Position numbers and translations under genes: made by a program. A stretch of 60,911 nt of DNA, filler included. It is 7 parts of 7 records of this genome, joined end to end, with 100 filler letters (N's around TTAATTAATTAA, not from the genome) between each part and the next. Parts side by side here need not be neighbours in the genome. Positions count along the whole stretch, not along the records: positions 32,598 to 43,833 come from SRR31147125_22624; positions 43,934 to 54,379 come from SRR31147125_22632; 5 more parts are not named here. One strand, given 5' to 3'. Below, piece after piece: positions 38,076-50,800 of the stretch (its first letter is position 1; each line of letters opens with the position of its first letter). Under the pieces are notes generated by a model. The model did not search any database, had not been told where the DNA came from, and worked only from the letters and a program-made list of their open reading frames with translations.

Positions 38076-39713
38076 CTAAATCGAATTAATAAACTTCGAA
38101 AGATTAGTATCCCTGTCAATTTCCATTTTTTTACGTAAGCGGTGACGGGCCACATTTACACTCCCCGGCGAAATCCCCAGCAAATAAGCCATTTCTTTTC
38201 CCGAAAAATTAAGTTTTATCAGCGCACAAATTTTTAAATCGGTAGCGCTTAAGTCCGGTACTTTTGCTTTTAAACGCTCATAAAAATCTTCGTTTAGTGC
38301 TATAAAACGGCTGTTAAAGGCATCCCATAAACTTGCCGATTGTTTTTGTATTGAGGCTAAAAGCGAACGCGTAGAGCTGTCGGATTGATAATTTTCCAAG
38401 TGCTGACTTAGTGTTTTTATAATTTCTTCTTTCTCAATTAACTGCAGCATTGTTGCGGTAAGTTCTTTGTTTTTATGGTCGAGCAGCCGTTTTGCTTCGT
38501 GTTGCTTTATTCGGTTTTTGTCTTTTTCTTTTTCGTGTTTTATTTTTTGTATTCTGCTGCGTACCATTAAGGCAATAACGATTATCAGAAAAATAGAAAT
38601 GAAAAATATAATTCTGAACCGTAGAATTTTTTGTTTGTTTTTAGCCAGTTCAAGATCTTTCCGGCTAAGTTCTTCATTCTTTTTAATCAATTCCTCGGTG
38701 TATCGGTTTTTTACCGACAAGAAACCATGAGTACTTTCGCTTCTTGCATTCAGGTATTTATCATCAATTCTTTTTGATTCTACCAAGGCATTGTACGACT
38801 TTTCAAATTCTTTGAGCTTCGACAATAATTCAGCATAAACTCTGTAAACATAGGCCGTGTAAAATGTATTCTCGCCGTATAAATCCTTTTCATGAATAGA
38901 TTTTTCGTAATAAATACGGGCTAAATCTTTTTTGTTTTGTAACCGGTAAACTTTAGCTATAACCGAATAAACAATAATCAGGAAGCTTTTATGAACGTAC
39001 GCCGTTTCAGAGTTTTGCTCCAGGTTTTCAAGTGTCTTCGCAGAGTATTCCAATAAATCCAAAGCCTCGTTTAGTTTATTTTGGCGAATAAGCAAAAACG
39101 CCTTTTTCTCGTTTAAATAAACCTTGAAAATATTATCCAGGCCTTCAGCATTTGCTATCGAGTAACAACTGTCAATGTACGTTTTAGTCATTTCCTCATT
39201 CTCTGTTCGCTGATAATACAACAGTTGATTGTAATACGAACGATATAAAACATCGCCTGAAATGACTCCGTTTTGATGTGCGTTTTTATAATATTTATGT
39301 GCTTGTTTAAAATGCGTTCCGGCAGTTTCATCGCGTTTAAAAAGGAAGTTTATTATCCCAAATTCTTCATGAGCTTTTGCTAAAAGTAATGCGTTTTTAT
39401 ATTCTTCTGCCAGAAATAATGCTTCACCAGATTTGTCGAACGCTGCCCCGTAATTTAGTGTTGCACGTTCAACTGAGCTTAATAAAATTAGCGACTCAAT
39501 TTTTTGCGTTGTATCGTTTTTTGCAAGGGCAATTTCATATTCTTTTTGAAGGCTGTTTTTATACGAATTCAGATTGTTTTTAGTTGGAACAATTTGAGGA
39601 TCAATGTAACGATTGAACTGTTGGGCATGTAACAGTGAAAATGATAGCAGGTTAATAATCGAAATTAGGAAGATTAACCTGTAATATTTCTGAATTAATC
39701 TTAAGTGATTCAT
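38076..39713 (-). CDS. TPR - TM - LuxR/GerE HTH regulator (Bacteroidota type)
   Basis: TPR-like helical repeats, TM IIFFISIFLIIVIAL, LSATDLKICALIKLNFSGKEMAYLLGISPGSVNVARHRLRKK; start approximate. Confidence 0.88.
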   Translation of the reverse strand: MNHLRLIQKYYRLIFLISIINLLSFSLLHAQQFNRYIDPQIVPTKNNLNSYKNSLQKEYEIALAKNDTTQKIESLILLSSVERATLNYGAAFDKSGEALFLAEEYKNALLLAKAHEEFGIINFLFKRDETAGTHFKQAHKYYKNAHQNGVISGDVLYRSYYNQLLYYQRTENEEMTKTYIDSCYSIANAEGLDNIFKVYLNEKKAFLLIRQNKLNEALDLLEYSAKTLENLEQNSETAYVHKSFLIIVYSVIAKVYRLQNKKDLARIYYEKSIHEKDLYGENTFYTAYVYRVYAELLSKLKEFEKSYNALVESKRIDDKYLNARSESTHGFLSVKNRYTEELIKKNEELSRKDLELAKNKQKILRFRIIFFISIFLIIVIALMVRSRIQKIKHEKEKDKNRIKQHEAKRLLDHKNKELTATMLQLIEKEEIIKTLSQHLENYQSDSSTRSLLASIQKQSASLWDAFNSRFIALNEDFYERLKAKVPDLSATDLKICALIKLNFSGKEMAYLLGISPGSVNVARHRLRKKMEIDRDTNLSKFINSI

Positions 39714-39910
39714 ATATTGGACGATATGTTGAATGAGAAATGCTTTTGTCAAAGATATGTTAATCGAATGTAACACGAAAAAATATAGAGGTTAATATTT
39801 TGTATATAGCTATTCCTGCAATCTTATGGTGTTTATTGGGTATTTTTACTTCCGAAAAATGAATTAATAATTCGTTTTGCTTTTCGCGGAATTCAATAAA
39901 ACTAATCGAT

Positions 39911-41836
39911 ATGAAAAGAAGAGATTTTTTCAAAAAAGGCGCAACCGGAGTAGCAGGTGCCAGCCTCATTCCTCTTTCGGGAAATGCCGGAGAATTGCCA
40001 CAGGAAAAAGGCGACCGCAAAACTGATAAGTGGATGCAAATGGGAACCGGTAAAATGGATATCCCCGACCGTAAAAAAGACCTGACTTACGACGTTGCTG
40101 TTTTAGGAGGAGGATTGGCCGGAATGTGTGCTGCAACCGCCGCTGCCCGAAATGGTGCAAAAACAGTTTTGGTGCAAGACCGTCCGGTTTTGGGAGGAAA
40201 TTCATCGAGCGAAATGCGTGTGCATGTTAATGGTGTAAATCATTTAAAACCCGCAAACAAAGCAGAGCGCGAAACCGGAATTATTGAAGAAATTCTTTTG
40301 CATAACCGTTTTAATAATCCACAAGAAGCGTATCCGGTTTGGGACCATGTTTTGTATGATTTTATTAATCGCGAAGAGAATCTGGATTTAATGCTGAATA
40401 CACAGGCTGTTGAAGCTATAATGGATGGAAACAAAATACAAGCTGCCAAATGCTGGCAATCGACTACTGAAATAGAATATACCATAAATGCCAAACAGTT
40501 TATCGACTGTTCGGGCGATGGATTACTTGCTGCGACTGCCGGAGCTTTGTACCGCACCGGCCGCGAGGGGCGCGATGAGTTTGATGAAAAATATGCCCCG
40601 GAAAAAGCAGACGGATGGCAAATGGGAGCATCGTTGTTGTTTGGCGCAAAAGATATGGGAAAACCAATGCCATACGAAGCACCTTCGTTTGCCATAAAAT
40701 ACGAAGCCGAAAAATCGCACAAAGGCCGAAAGCTTACCAATTTTAAAGATGGAATTTGGTGGGTGGAAATTGGTAGCGACCACGATATTATTGGCGATGC
40801 CGAAAAAATGCGCGAAAAGTTAATGGGCTACTCGCATGGGGTTTGGGATTATATTAAAAATTCTGGCGAATTTCCTGAAGCTGAAACCATGGCTCTGGAT
40901 TGGGTAGGTTCGCTACCTGCACGCCGTGAATCGCGTCGATTTATTGGCGACTTTATTCTTTCGGAAAAAGACTTAACCGAACACCGCCACTTTGAAGACG
41001 GTGTGGCTTTTGGTGGCTGGTCGCTCGACGAGCATTGCTGGGCTGGAATTGAAAATCTTCAGGATCCGCCAAGTTATTTCCACTACCATTTTAAAAAGAT
41101 TTACGAAATACCATACCGCTGTTTGTACTCGAAAAATATTTCCAATCTATCGTTTGCCGGGCGAAATATTAGTCAAACGCACATTGCTTTGTCTTCATCG
41201 CGTGTAATGGCAACTTGCTCGTTAGAAGGACAGGCAGTAGGAACAGGAGCTGCACTCTGTATTAAGCATGGTGTAAATCCACGTGGTGTTACCGAAAAGT
41301 ATGTTAATGAATTGCAAGAGCAGTTGTTGCGCGACGATGCATTCATTCCGCTTCGCCCTGCCAACGACCCGAATGATTTGGCAAAAAGTGCAAAACTTTC
41401 AGCTTCTTCAACTTCGTCGGGCGGTGCTGCATTATTAACCAACGGCATTTCGCGTGATATAAATGACGAAATTAATCACTGGCAATCGAACGGGCTGCCG
41501 GCTGAAGTAACTGTTGAATGGGACAAACCAACAAAGCTTTCGAAAGTTGAAATTAAATGCGATACCAATGTTAATCGTAATATTTTAATGCGTAAAGATT
41601 CGAGGGTGAGCGAAAACTTTTGGAATTCGGTTCCGCACGAGCTTTTAAAATCGCTGGAAGTTGAAGTAAAAGTAAATGGCAAGTGGCAAAACTTAGGAGA
41701 GAACAACAAAAACCAGCGCCGCTTAATCAAGTTTAATTTCGATAAAGTAAAAGCCTCGGCTGTTCGCATTAGAATGAAAGAAACGTATGGCGTTAAAAAT
41801 GCGAAGTTGTTTGAGGTTCGGTGTTACGAAAGTTAA
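39911..41836 (+). CDS. Tat-signal FAD-dependent oxidoreductase with C-terminal beta-sandwich domain
   Basis: MKRRDFFKK, GGGLAG, LGGNSSSE, IDCSGDG, RESRR, AGRNIS. Confidence 0.88.
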   Translation: MKRRDFFKKGATGVAGASLIPLSGNAGELPQEKGDRKTDKWMQMGTGKMDIPDRKKDLTYDVAVLGGGLAGMCAATAAARNGAKTVLVQDRPVLGGNSSSEMRVHVNGVNHLKPANKAERETGIIEEILLHNRFNNPQEAYPVWDHVLYDFINREENLDLMLNTQAVEAIMDGNKIQAAKCWQSTTEIEYTINAKQFIDCSGDGLLAATAGALYRTGREGRDEFDEKYAPEKADGWQMGASLLFGAKDMGKPMPYEAPSFAIKYEAEKSHKGRKLTNFKDGIWWVEIGSDHDIIGDAEKMREKLMGYSHGVWDYIKNSGEFPEAETMALDWVGSLPARRESRRFIGDFILSEKDLTEHRHFEDGVAFGGWSLDEHCWAGIENLQDPPSYFHYHFKKIYEIPYRCLYSKNISNLSFAGRNISQTHIALSSSRVMATCSLEGQAVGTGAALCIKHGVNPRGVTEKYVNELQEQLLRDDAFIPLRPANDPNDLAKSAKLSASSTSSGGAALLTNGISRDINDEINHWQSNGLPAEVTVEWDKPTKLSKVEIKCDTNVNRNILMRKDSRVSENFWNSVPHELLKSLEVEVKVNGKWQNLGENNKNQRRLIKFNFDKVKASAVRIRMKETYGVKNAKLFEVRCYES

Positions 41837-41914
41837 AAGCAATTCAAAGGTCGGATTTTTAATTGCGATATTTCTGAAAAACAGGTTAGTGTCAAGTCAT
41901 GTGTGAGATTAGTA

Positions 41915-42667
41915 TTACCAGGTGCCATTTAAACCATCGTCGAGTGCTTTTTGGTAATGTTCAATATTAAACTTGTACAAGTAAGGCGATTTATGTGCAC
42001 CACCTGTTTTTCGCTCTTCGAGTTTGGTCAGTATTTTATACGAGAGAATTTTGCGTTGAAAGTTCCTGCGATCGAGTTCGCGCCCAAGTATTGTTTCGTA
42101 CAATTTTTGGAGTTGAGGCATGGTGAATTTTTCAGGAAGGAGTTTTAGTCCAATAGGCTGTTGATTCAGTTGTACACGCAGTACCGAAAGTGCAGTTTCT
42201 ATTATGTTTCTATGGTCGAGTAACATTGGTACGTCGGAGTTCGGGCTTATCCATTCGCAACGGTCGGAAAAGAAATCGGGTGTGGGATTTACTTTCGAAA
42301 AATCGACCAAGGCATAAAATCCAACAGAGATAAAACGTTTATCAAAAAAATCTGAAATATCCTTTTGACCGGCTTTTTCCGCGTCTAATATGGCGGTGTT
42401 TGATTTCGATCTTTTGGGATCGCTAAAAACCTGAAATTGTTTTAGAAAAATGTTATCGAGTCCGGTACGAAATTTCAATGTTCTGTGTGCTGCCTGCTCC
42501 AGGGTTTCTTCTTTTTTTAGGAACCCGCCCGGAAGGGCATATTGTTCTGTATACTTCAAATGAAGCATTAAAACTTTAAGTTCGTTTTCGAAAAAGCCAA
42601 ATATTACACAATCAAGCGAGATGTGGTCGAGATATTGATTAGCACTGAAAGGTTTGATCTCTGACAA
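41915..42667 (-). CDS. NrtR-type NUDIX - winged-helix regulator
   Basis: SLDCVIFGF, ALPGGF, FSDPKR, LLPEKFTMPQLQKLYETILG...DRRNFQRK. Confidence 0.9.
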   Translation of the reverse strand: MSEIKPFSANQYLDHISLDCVIFGFFENELKVLMLHLKYTEQYALPGGFLKKEETLEQAAHRTLKFRTGLDNIFLKQFQVFSDPKRSKSNTAILDAEKAGQKDISDFFDKRFISVGFYALVDFSKVNPTPDFFSDRCEWISPNSDVPMLLDHRNIIETALSVLRVQLNQQPIGLKLLPEKFTMPQLQKLYETILGRELDRRNFQRKILSYKILTKLEERKTGGAHKSPYLYKFNIEHYQKALDDGLNGTW

Positions 42668-42990
42668 AATAGTTAGATTTAAATTCCATACAAAGTAAGC
42701 GCTTTTTTTTGAAATTACGGAGCCGGATATATCTGTACATTTGGTACCGTGTTACGGTAAAGCGAGCACCGGTTGTAGTTTTACAAATATTGTTTGAAAG
42801 AACCTTTTTCGTACAAAATTTCCAAATTAGCAAAACCGTTTTATTATATTAATAAGAATGCTTGTATAATAAACTTGTTTTTTTTATGAACAATAAACAA
42901 ATTATAATAGATTTATAGATTATTTAAATGGAATTGGATAAGTACGTGCAGCATTAACGACAAAACTTCTTGTAATTTAAATGTTTTCAA

Positions 42991-43551
42991 ATGTTAAATA
43001 GGGATCAAAATAATAAAAGAATGCTTGATTCTGTAATTTGGAAATCATTTCTGAGAGGAGATGAAGAAGCATTCAAAGTTATTTATAAAACCCACGTACA
43101 ACAACTATTTGAGTATGGATTATATTTTACAAATGATAGGGATTTAATACTGGATTTAATTCATGATGTTTTTATAAACCTACACAAGTACCGAAAAAAA
43201 TTACGTGAAACTGATAACATCAGGCTATACCTCTTAAAATCATTAAAACATTTGCTCCTAAAGGAGCTTAAGAAAATACATAAAGTTTCACATTTGGAAG
43301 AATCTGGATATCCAACCAATTTTGAGAAATCTTCGGAAGACATTATTATAGAAAGAGACATTAAAGCCCAAAGCAAAAAACAAATACAGAAGGCACTTTC
43401 GTTGTTAAGTGACAGACAGCGTGAAGCTATATTACTTAAATTTTATTTTGAATACAACTACAATGAAATCAGCGAGATAATGAATGTAAATTATCAGTCG
43501 GCGCGTAATCTTGTTCACCGTAGTATTGAAAAATTAAGAGAAAGTTTTTAA
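42991..43551 (+). CDS. ECF sigma-70 factor
   Basis: GDEEAFKVIY, DLIHDVF, LSDRQREAILLKF, YNEISEIMNVNYQSARN. Confidence 0.92.
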   Translation: MLNRDQNNKRMLDSVIWKSFLRGDEEAFKVIYKTHVQQLFEYGLYFTNDRDLILDLIHDVFINLHKYRKKLRETDNIRLYLLKSLKHLLLKELKKIHKVSHLEESGYPTNFEKSSEDIIIERDIKAQSKKQIQKALSLLSDRQREAILLKFYFEYNYNEISEIMNVNYQSARNLVHRSIEKLRESF

Positions 43552-43706
43552 TAGTTGCGGTATTCGAGAACCCAAGCATTTATTATTACTCCATAACTTT
43601 CTTCAATAAGGTTCATTTAATTTAAAAAAATCTTCAATTAAATGAGTACAAAATAATAGTTTGATTCTTATTAATGTAACTGTTTCTTTATCTTTTAATA
43701 ACATTT

Positions 43707-43833
43707 ATGAATAACAACAATAAAATAGATCAATTTCTTCATAACGAAAAATTCATTGAATGGGTTCTAAGGCCAACCCAAGAGCTTAATGATTACTGGA
43801 ATACCTATAAAAAAACTCATCCGTCTGAAAAAA
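43707..43833 (+). CDS. FecR-like anti-sigma factor, N-terminal fragment
   Basis: FLHNEKFIEWV...YWNTY...HP after an ECF sigma gene; cut by contig end. Confidence 0.75.
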
Positions 43834-43933
43834 NNNNNNNNNNNNNNNNNNNNNNNNNNNNNNNNNNNNNNNNNNNNTTAATTAATTAANNNNNNNNNNN
43901 NNNNNNNNNNNNNNNNNNNNNNNNNNNNNNNNN
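43834..43933. other. Artificial contig spacer
   Basis: N/TTAATTAATTAA/N. Confidence 0.99.
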
Positions 43934-43946
43934 AAAAAAGCCTTGG

Positions 43947-44711
43947 GTGAAATTTATTATTAAGGATTTACCAATGTATCCTGCTAATCCAAATTCTACT
44001 TGCAGGATAGGTTACGTACCTTATAATAATTGTGTGCAGGATAGGTATTTTTATATTGACAAGTCACGAAAATATGAAACGTTAGCAGCTGGCGGTATCA
44101 GTACTCAGATTTATTGGAATTATAATAAGGAAACGCTTCCTGAAGGTTGGCAGGGAGCTGTAAAACAATCCTACATTGATTCCCAAACACAGCAGAATAA
44201 GCAAAATACCATGGTTGCACTTTTGGCTTTCACATTCTCTCGGTATCGAAAGCGTGGATTTTCAGATAAGATATTATCAAAAATGTGTTTAACAGCTCAG
44301 GAAAGAAATTATAAATATTTGCTGGCTCCTGCTCTTCTGCCCTCTAAGTTTAAAAGAGAAAATGTTCGGGCAAGTATGAATGACATCATTAAAATGAAGC
44401 GTGATGATGTTGAATATTATGATTTTTGGCTGAGAACCCATACCCGTAAAGGAGCAGAAATTATTGGTTCTTGTGAATCTTCACACAGATTTATTTTAAG
44501 CCTGAAAGATTTTAATGAATTTGTAAGTTCTGACGCGATAACAAATACAGGGGAACATTGTGTTCGATTGGATAAAGATCGTGTGTTGAGCCGGAACGGG
44601 AAAAATATGTGGCAGCTGGTTTATGCTGATATCAAAAGATCATATGTGACCTTTAACTGGGGATGTGTGTGGGTTGTATATGATCTTGAAAAACTCCATT
44701 TTAGCGTTTAA
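43947..44711 (+). CDS. GNAT-like acyltransferase domain, probably the C-terminal part of a longer gene
   Basis: LPEGWQG, NTMVALL...YRKRGFS, LLAPA, DFWLRTHTRKGAEI; starts at the contig edge. Confidence 0.65.
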   Translation: MKFIIKDLPMYPANPNSTCRIGYVPYNNCVQDRYFYIDKSRKYETLAAGGISTQIYWNYNKETLPEGWQGAVKQSYIDSQTQQNKQNTMVALLAFTFSRYRKRGFSDKILSKMCLTAQERNYKYLLAPALLPSKFKRENVRASMNDIIKMKRDDVEYYDFWLRTHTRKGAEIIGSCESSHRFILSLKDFNEFVSSDAITNTGEHCVRLDKDRVLSRNGKNMWQLVYADIKRSYVTFNWGCVWVVYDLEKLHFSV

Positions 44712-44894
44712 ACCGTCTCAACCTTTTAAGAGTATCATAATTTTAAGTTCATAAATCTAAAAAATAGCTAACTCCTTAACTGAATAAGATGATAGCTGCA
44801 TTTTATTTTTCATTCAAATAGCATAAAAGAAAAACTTTGAGCAGAGATTAGATGATTCTGGCATTGACACTGGTGTGAAAATCATCATAATTAA

Positions 44895-47800
44895 TTGGAA
44901 AAGATGGAAGGGCAAAATCAATTTACTGGCTTTGGAATGATAGAAAATTTAATACCATATGGCCTGGAGGTAGAAACTTTTGAAAGTGAGCTAATCTTCA
45001 AATTAGAGGAGGGTGAGGTAAGCAAAGAAGTAATAAATTTGTTTCGAAATTCACATACTGATCTAAAAAAGCTCTTCAAAGACAATAATACTAACAATGC
45101 TAAAATTTTCCCTGCTTCATATAATCAAAATGCATTGTGGTTTCACCAGGAAATGAATCCTGAAAATTGTTCTTACAATATTTCTCTTGTCTTAAAATTT
45201 AAAGGCGATGTTTCTATTAAAGAAATAACTAACTCTCTAATACAAGTCTCAAAAAATCATATATTGCTGAGGTCGAGGCTCCTTGACTTAAAGAATCCTA
45301 AAACACCTTTATGCATTGTTGCCTTTGAAGAGAGCAATCCTTATACTGAAGAAATTGAAATTGAGACGCTGGATGAAGCTGAAATTAAAAAGATATTTTA
45401 CAACAAATATCAAATTCCATTTGACCTTAGATCAGATAAACTATTGAAGACATATGTTGCAAAAAATAATCTTTTCACATATGTATTTTTTAATATCCAC
45501 CATATAATATCAGATGCCTGGTCGGATAAAATTTTAACAAAAGAATTTCTTGATAATTTAAATAGTAGTAATGAGGAAATAAACACGCAAGAATCCACCG
45601 AGGATTTTAATGATTTTGTTTACAATCAATATAAATACCTTTCAGGTTCAGATGGAACTTCTGATTTAAAATTTTGGATTGATAAATTCAAGAATCGTGA
45701 TATAGAATTAAAATTGCCCTTTGATTATGAACGAAAACCAATTTATTCGCATGAAGGGGCAACAATTAATTTCCAAATAAAAGATGAATTATATAAGAGA
45801 TTATTAAAAATAGGTGAAACCCTGAATGCATTTCCAAACCATACGATGTATTCTCTATTTGATATTTTTTTGGCAAAGGTTTCAGGTCAGGCTGATTACA
45901 ATATTGGTATTACGGCTGCAAACCGGATGAGTAGTATTTCAAAAAATATCCTGGGATACTTTGTAAATACTTTTCCTGTAGAATCTGCTGCAAAAGAAAG
46001 TAAATCCTTTATTCAAATCATTGAAGAAAATAAAAGTAAATTCAATCAAATTGCTAAACATCAGGGAATCCCTTTTTCCAGGCTCATTGAGCAATTAAAT
46101 TTTAAACGCGATTTATCCAGGCCTATATTGTTCAGGTTCTGTATAATTTCATGAATCAGTACAGCCTTGGATATGCTCACCATTTCATAGATCCTTTAGA
46201 GAATCAATTCAAGAAATTTGGAAAATTTGAAATTGCCTCATTAAAATTAAATGATCAGGAAGGCCAGTTTGACTTAACTTTTGAAGTAGTCCAATACAAA
46301 AATAGATTTGAATGCTACTTTAAATACAATACAGCTCTTTTTAATAAGAATACAGTTGAACAATTCGTTTCGCAATTTTTGAAATTGGCAGAGACAGTTA
46401 CTAATGAGCCCGATTCCGAAAACTGGGGTAACTCACTACAAAAACAACAGCAAGTTAACATTACCGGAACTTTCACAACAGAACCCATAGATAAGGCACT
46501 TCAGTTTTGGCTCAACAAAATAAACTTACCTTCAAAAATAAACTTCGTTGGATTCAATCAAATATTCCAACAGCTACTGAACCCAGGCAGTGAGTTTAAC
46601 ACCATTCCGGATTCAATAAATATTGTTTTAATCAGGCTTGAAGACCTATTTAAAAGGGATGAAACTTTAGACAATAATTATTTAAGAATATATAAAGAAC
46701 TGAAAGAGTCTTTGTTGTCCCATACACAAGCCAATACTAGTAGCAAAATAATTGTAACATTCTGCCCACATTCTGAGCATTATATAGGGGATGAAACATT
46801 TATAAAAATCAGCAATCAGTTGGAGGATGAGATGTATACCCTATCTCAAAGCTTAAATAACTTATTTGTTATAAAGACAAATGATTTTACCGGTGCTTAT
46901 AATCTTGCCAATTATTACGAACCAATTGGTGAAGTTCAGGGAAACATACCTTACAAAAACAATTTCTTTGCATGTGCAGCAACATTAATTGCACGAATAA
47001 TGTATTCCATTTATAATTCACCGTTTAAAGCTATCGTTTTAGACTGTGATAATACATTATGGAAAGGTGTTGTTGGTGAGGATGGGGTAAGTGGTATTGA
47101 GATTGGAGAACAGGAAGAAAAGCTTCATAAATTCCTTATTAAACAATACGAGGCAGGTATTCTCTTGTGTCTTTGCAGTAAAAATAACGAAAAAGATGTT
47201 TGGGAAGTTTTCGATAAGCATGAGCAAATGTTGCTAAAAAAGAAGCACATTTCATTTTCCCGAATTAACTGGGAACCTAAGTCAAAGAATATCATTGAAC
47301 TTTCGAACGAAATTAATGTAGGCCTGGATAGTTTTATTTTTATTGATGACAATCCTATTGAATGTGAAGAGGTAAAAACACATATTCCATCGGTTTTTAC
47401 AATTCAAAAAAGAACCGACACCAATAACATTGATTATATTCTAAACTCTTGGGTATTCGACAGAAATAGAATAACCAAAGAGGATAAGAAAAGAGCCTTA
47501 ATGTATAAGGATGAAGCAAAAAGAACAAGTTTAAAATCGAAATTTAAGTCCTATGCGGAGTTCATTGACGAATTACATATTAAAATTGAGTTTAATTCGG
47601 TAAGCACAAATGAGATAACCCGCATTTCTCAACTTAGTTATCGAACAAATCAATTTAATTTTACCACAATTCGAAGAACTGAAAGTGAAATTACGGAACT
47701 CGCAAATAATTCTGAATACAAGGTTCTATATGTTCAACTTGAAGATAAATATGGAGATTACGGAATAATTGGTGCTATCATTTGTTTTGAGAGCGACGAC

Positions 47801-50800
47801 TCACTGCTTGTTGATACTTTTTTACTAAGTTGTCGTGCCCTTGGGAAAGGTGTGGAACATGCAATGCTTGCTTACCTTGGAAAGCAAGCTAAAGCAATAA
47901 GTAAGAAAAATCTTGCGATACATTTTTCCAAAACAGAAAAAAATAGTGTCGCACAAAAATTTCTGGATACAAATTTCTTAAATTATAAACTTGAAGTATC
48001 CGAAGGCTATGTTTATCAAATCCCTACCGACCTTGCAATCAACTTCAAATTTCATCCGGCTTCTGTTCAAATTCAGAATGAAGGTTCTAATAGTAAACAG
48101 AATATTGAAATAAAACCCAACATCGTTAGCCGAAATAATTTATTCAACGACATTATACAAAACTACTCCAATATAGATTCCATTGTTGAAAAAGTATATG
48201 GGGCAGACAAATTAAATTCACGTATTCATAAACAGAAAAAAGGGCTGGAAAAAAATCAAATTGAAACTGAAATTTTAGGGATATGGCGAGAGGTTCTGGA
48301 TAACAGGAATATTAAATTAACTGACAATTTCTTTGATGTTGGCGGTAAATCAATTTTAATCCCAAATATAGTTATTCGCATAAAAAATGAACTTGATTTG
48401 GAGTTAGACATTGTAGATATCTTCCAATATCCAAACGTAAAAAAACTATCGGAATACTTATCACATTCAACTAATGAATCCCAAGACAATCCTATTGATA
48501 ATCAAAAGAAAAGCACATCCAATAAGGCCAGTGATGGTGTTAATGAATACATTGATAACGATATTGCAATAATAGGATTAACAGGAAGATTCCCGGGAGC
48601 TGACAATATTGATGAATTTTGGCAGCTAATAAAAAATGGCAAAGAGACAATTACACACTATTCAAGGGAAGAACTTGAAAAAAAAGGAGTAGATAAAGAG
48701 CTGCTCGATAATCCAAACTATGTTTATGCAATTGGGAGTATGCCATCAGCAGATAAATTTGATGCTGCATTTTTTGGATTTACACCCAGGGAAGCTGATT
48801 TTATGGATCCGCAGCATCGTGTATTCCTTGAATCATGTCATGAAGCGCTTGAAGTTGCAGGTTATTCTTCTGATAATTATAATGGTTCTGTCGGCATATT
48901 TGCCGGGAGTGGGCCAGATAATTATATTTTAAAAAATTTATTTCAACATGATGATGCCATGAGAAGCATCGGTGAATTCCAGACCATTATAAATAATGGA
49001 AAAGATTTCATCACAACACATGCATCCTATAAATTAAATCTCAATGGACCCAGTTTAAATATACAAACAGCCTGTTCAACTTCGCTTGTTGCTGTGCATT
49101 ATGCATGTAACAGTCTTAGAAACAGTGAATCAGACATCGCACTTGCAGGAGGGGTATTCATTCATACACCCAGGGAAATTGGCTATATGTATGAATCTGG
49201 AGGAATTCTTTCTCCGAAAGGTCAGTGTCGGCCTTTTGATTCACAAGCCGATGGTACCCTTTTTGGAGAAGGTGTTGGCATTGTTGTTTTGAAAAGATAC
49301 AAAGATGCCATTCGGGATAATGATACAATTTGGGGGCTCATTAAAGGCTCCGCAGTCAATAACGATGGTTCTGCAAAAGTTGGCTATATGGCTCCCGGTA
49401 TTAATGGTCAATCAAAAGTTATTTCCCGGGCACAGAAATTTGCAGGAATTAAACCTTCTGATATTTCGTATATTGAAGCACATGGTACCGGTACAAACCT
49501 GGGAGATCCGGTAGAAATGAAAGCTTTAACAAATGTATTCAGGGAAGAAACACAGAATAAAAACTTTTGTGCTATTGGTTCAGTTAAAGCAAATATTGGA
49601 CACCTGGATGCTGCAGCCGGAGTCGCAGGTTTAATAAAAATAACTTTAGCCCTAAAACATAAACAAATACCCTCAAGCATTAATTTTAAAGAACCCAATC
49701 CTGAACTACAAATTCATAATAGTCCTTTTTATATTAATACGGGAGTAAAAGAATGGAAAACAAAAGATAGTAAACCACGGAATGCAGGAGTCAGTTCTTT
49801 TGGAATAGGAGGAACAAATGCACATTGTATAATTCAGGAAGCTCCGGAAACCCAAAGCGAACCGAGTAACAAAAAATATCACATTATACCGGTCTCTGCA
49901 AAATCTGAAGCAGCTCTAAATGATATAAAAACCAACCTGTACATTTACTTGACAAAGAATAACTGTAGCCTTCCCGATCTGTCATTCACTTTGATGGCTG
50001 GACGAAAACGCTATAATTACAGAAGTACAATTATTTGTAACTCTCAAGACGATGCCATAGAAAGAATAGTTAGTGCACCTGTAAAAAAGAATTTATTTAC
50101 TAGCCCCAAAATTGTTTTTCTATTTACCGGTCAGGGAAGTCAATATAACAGGATGACCGAAGGACTTTATAATGAATTTCCTGTATTCAAGGAATGTTTG
50201 GATAAGGCTTTTGGCATCGCTAAATCCAGCTTTGGATTAGATCTTGAGCAAATTATTTTTTCTGATAACTACAAAACAGAAATCAATAAGACAGAATATA
50301 CTCAACCGGCATTGTTTGCGGTACAATACGGCATGGCTAAACTTTTGAATAGCTTTGGTATTGATTCAGAGGCCCTTATTGGGCATAGTATTGGTGAAAT
50401 AACCGCCGCCTGTATATCTGGCTTATTTTCTTTTGAAGATGCACTTAAGCTGGTTATTGTACGGGGCAGGTTAATGCAGGCACAAAAAACGGGGGCAATG
50501 CTCAGCATTCAATTACCGGCAGAAAAAGTGAAACAAATCCTACCTGACAATATAGATTTTGCACTTCAAAATGCCCCAAACTTTAGTGTCGTTTCAGGAG
50601 AAATTGAAGATATAGATAGTTTTCATAAGGAGTTAGAGGCTAAATTCCCCGGGATATTGCTCTCTAAACTAAAAACATCGCATGCTTTCCACTCCAGAAT
50701 GATGAATCCAGCCTTAGACGAATTCAGAAAAGAAATAGCTGATATTTCTTTCAAAACCATTGATATACCCTTTGTTTCAAATACAACAGGTACATGGGCG

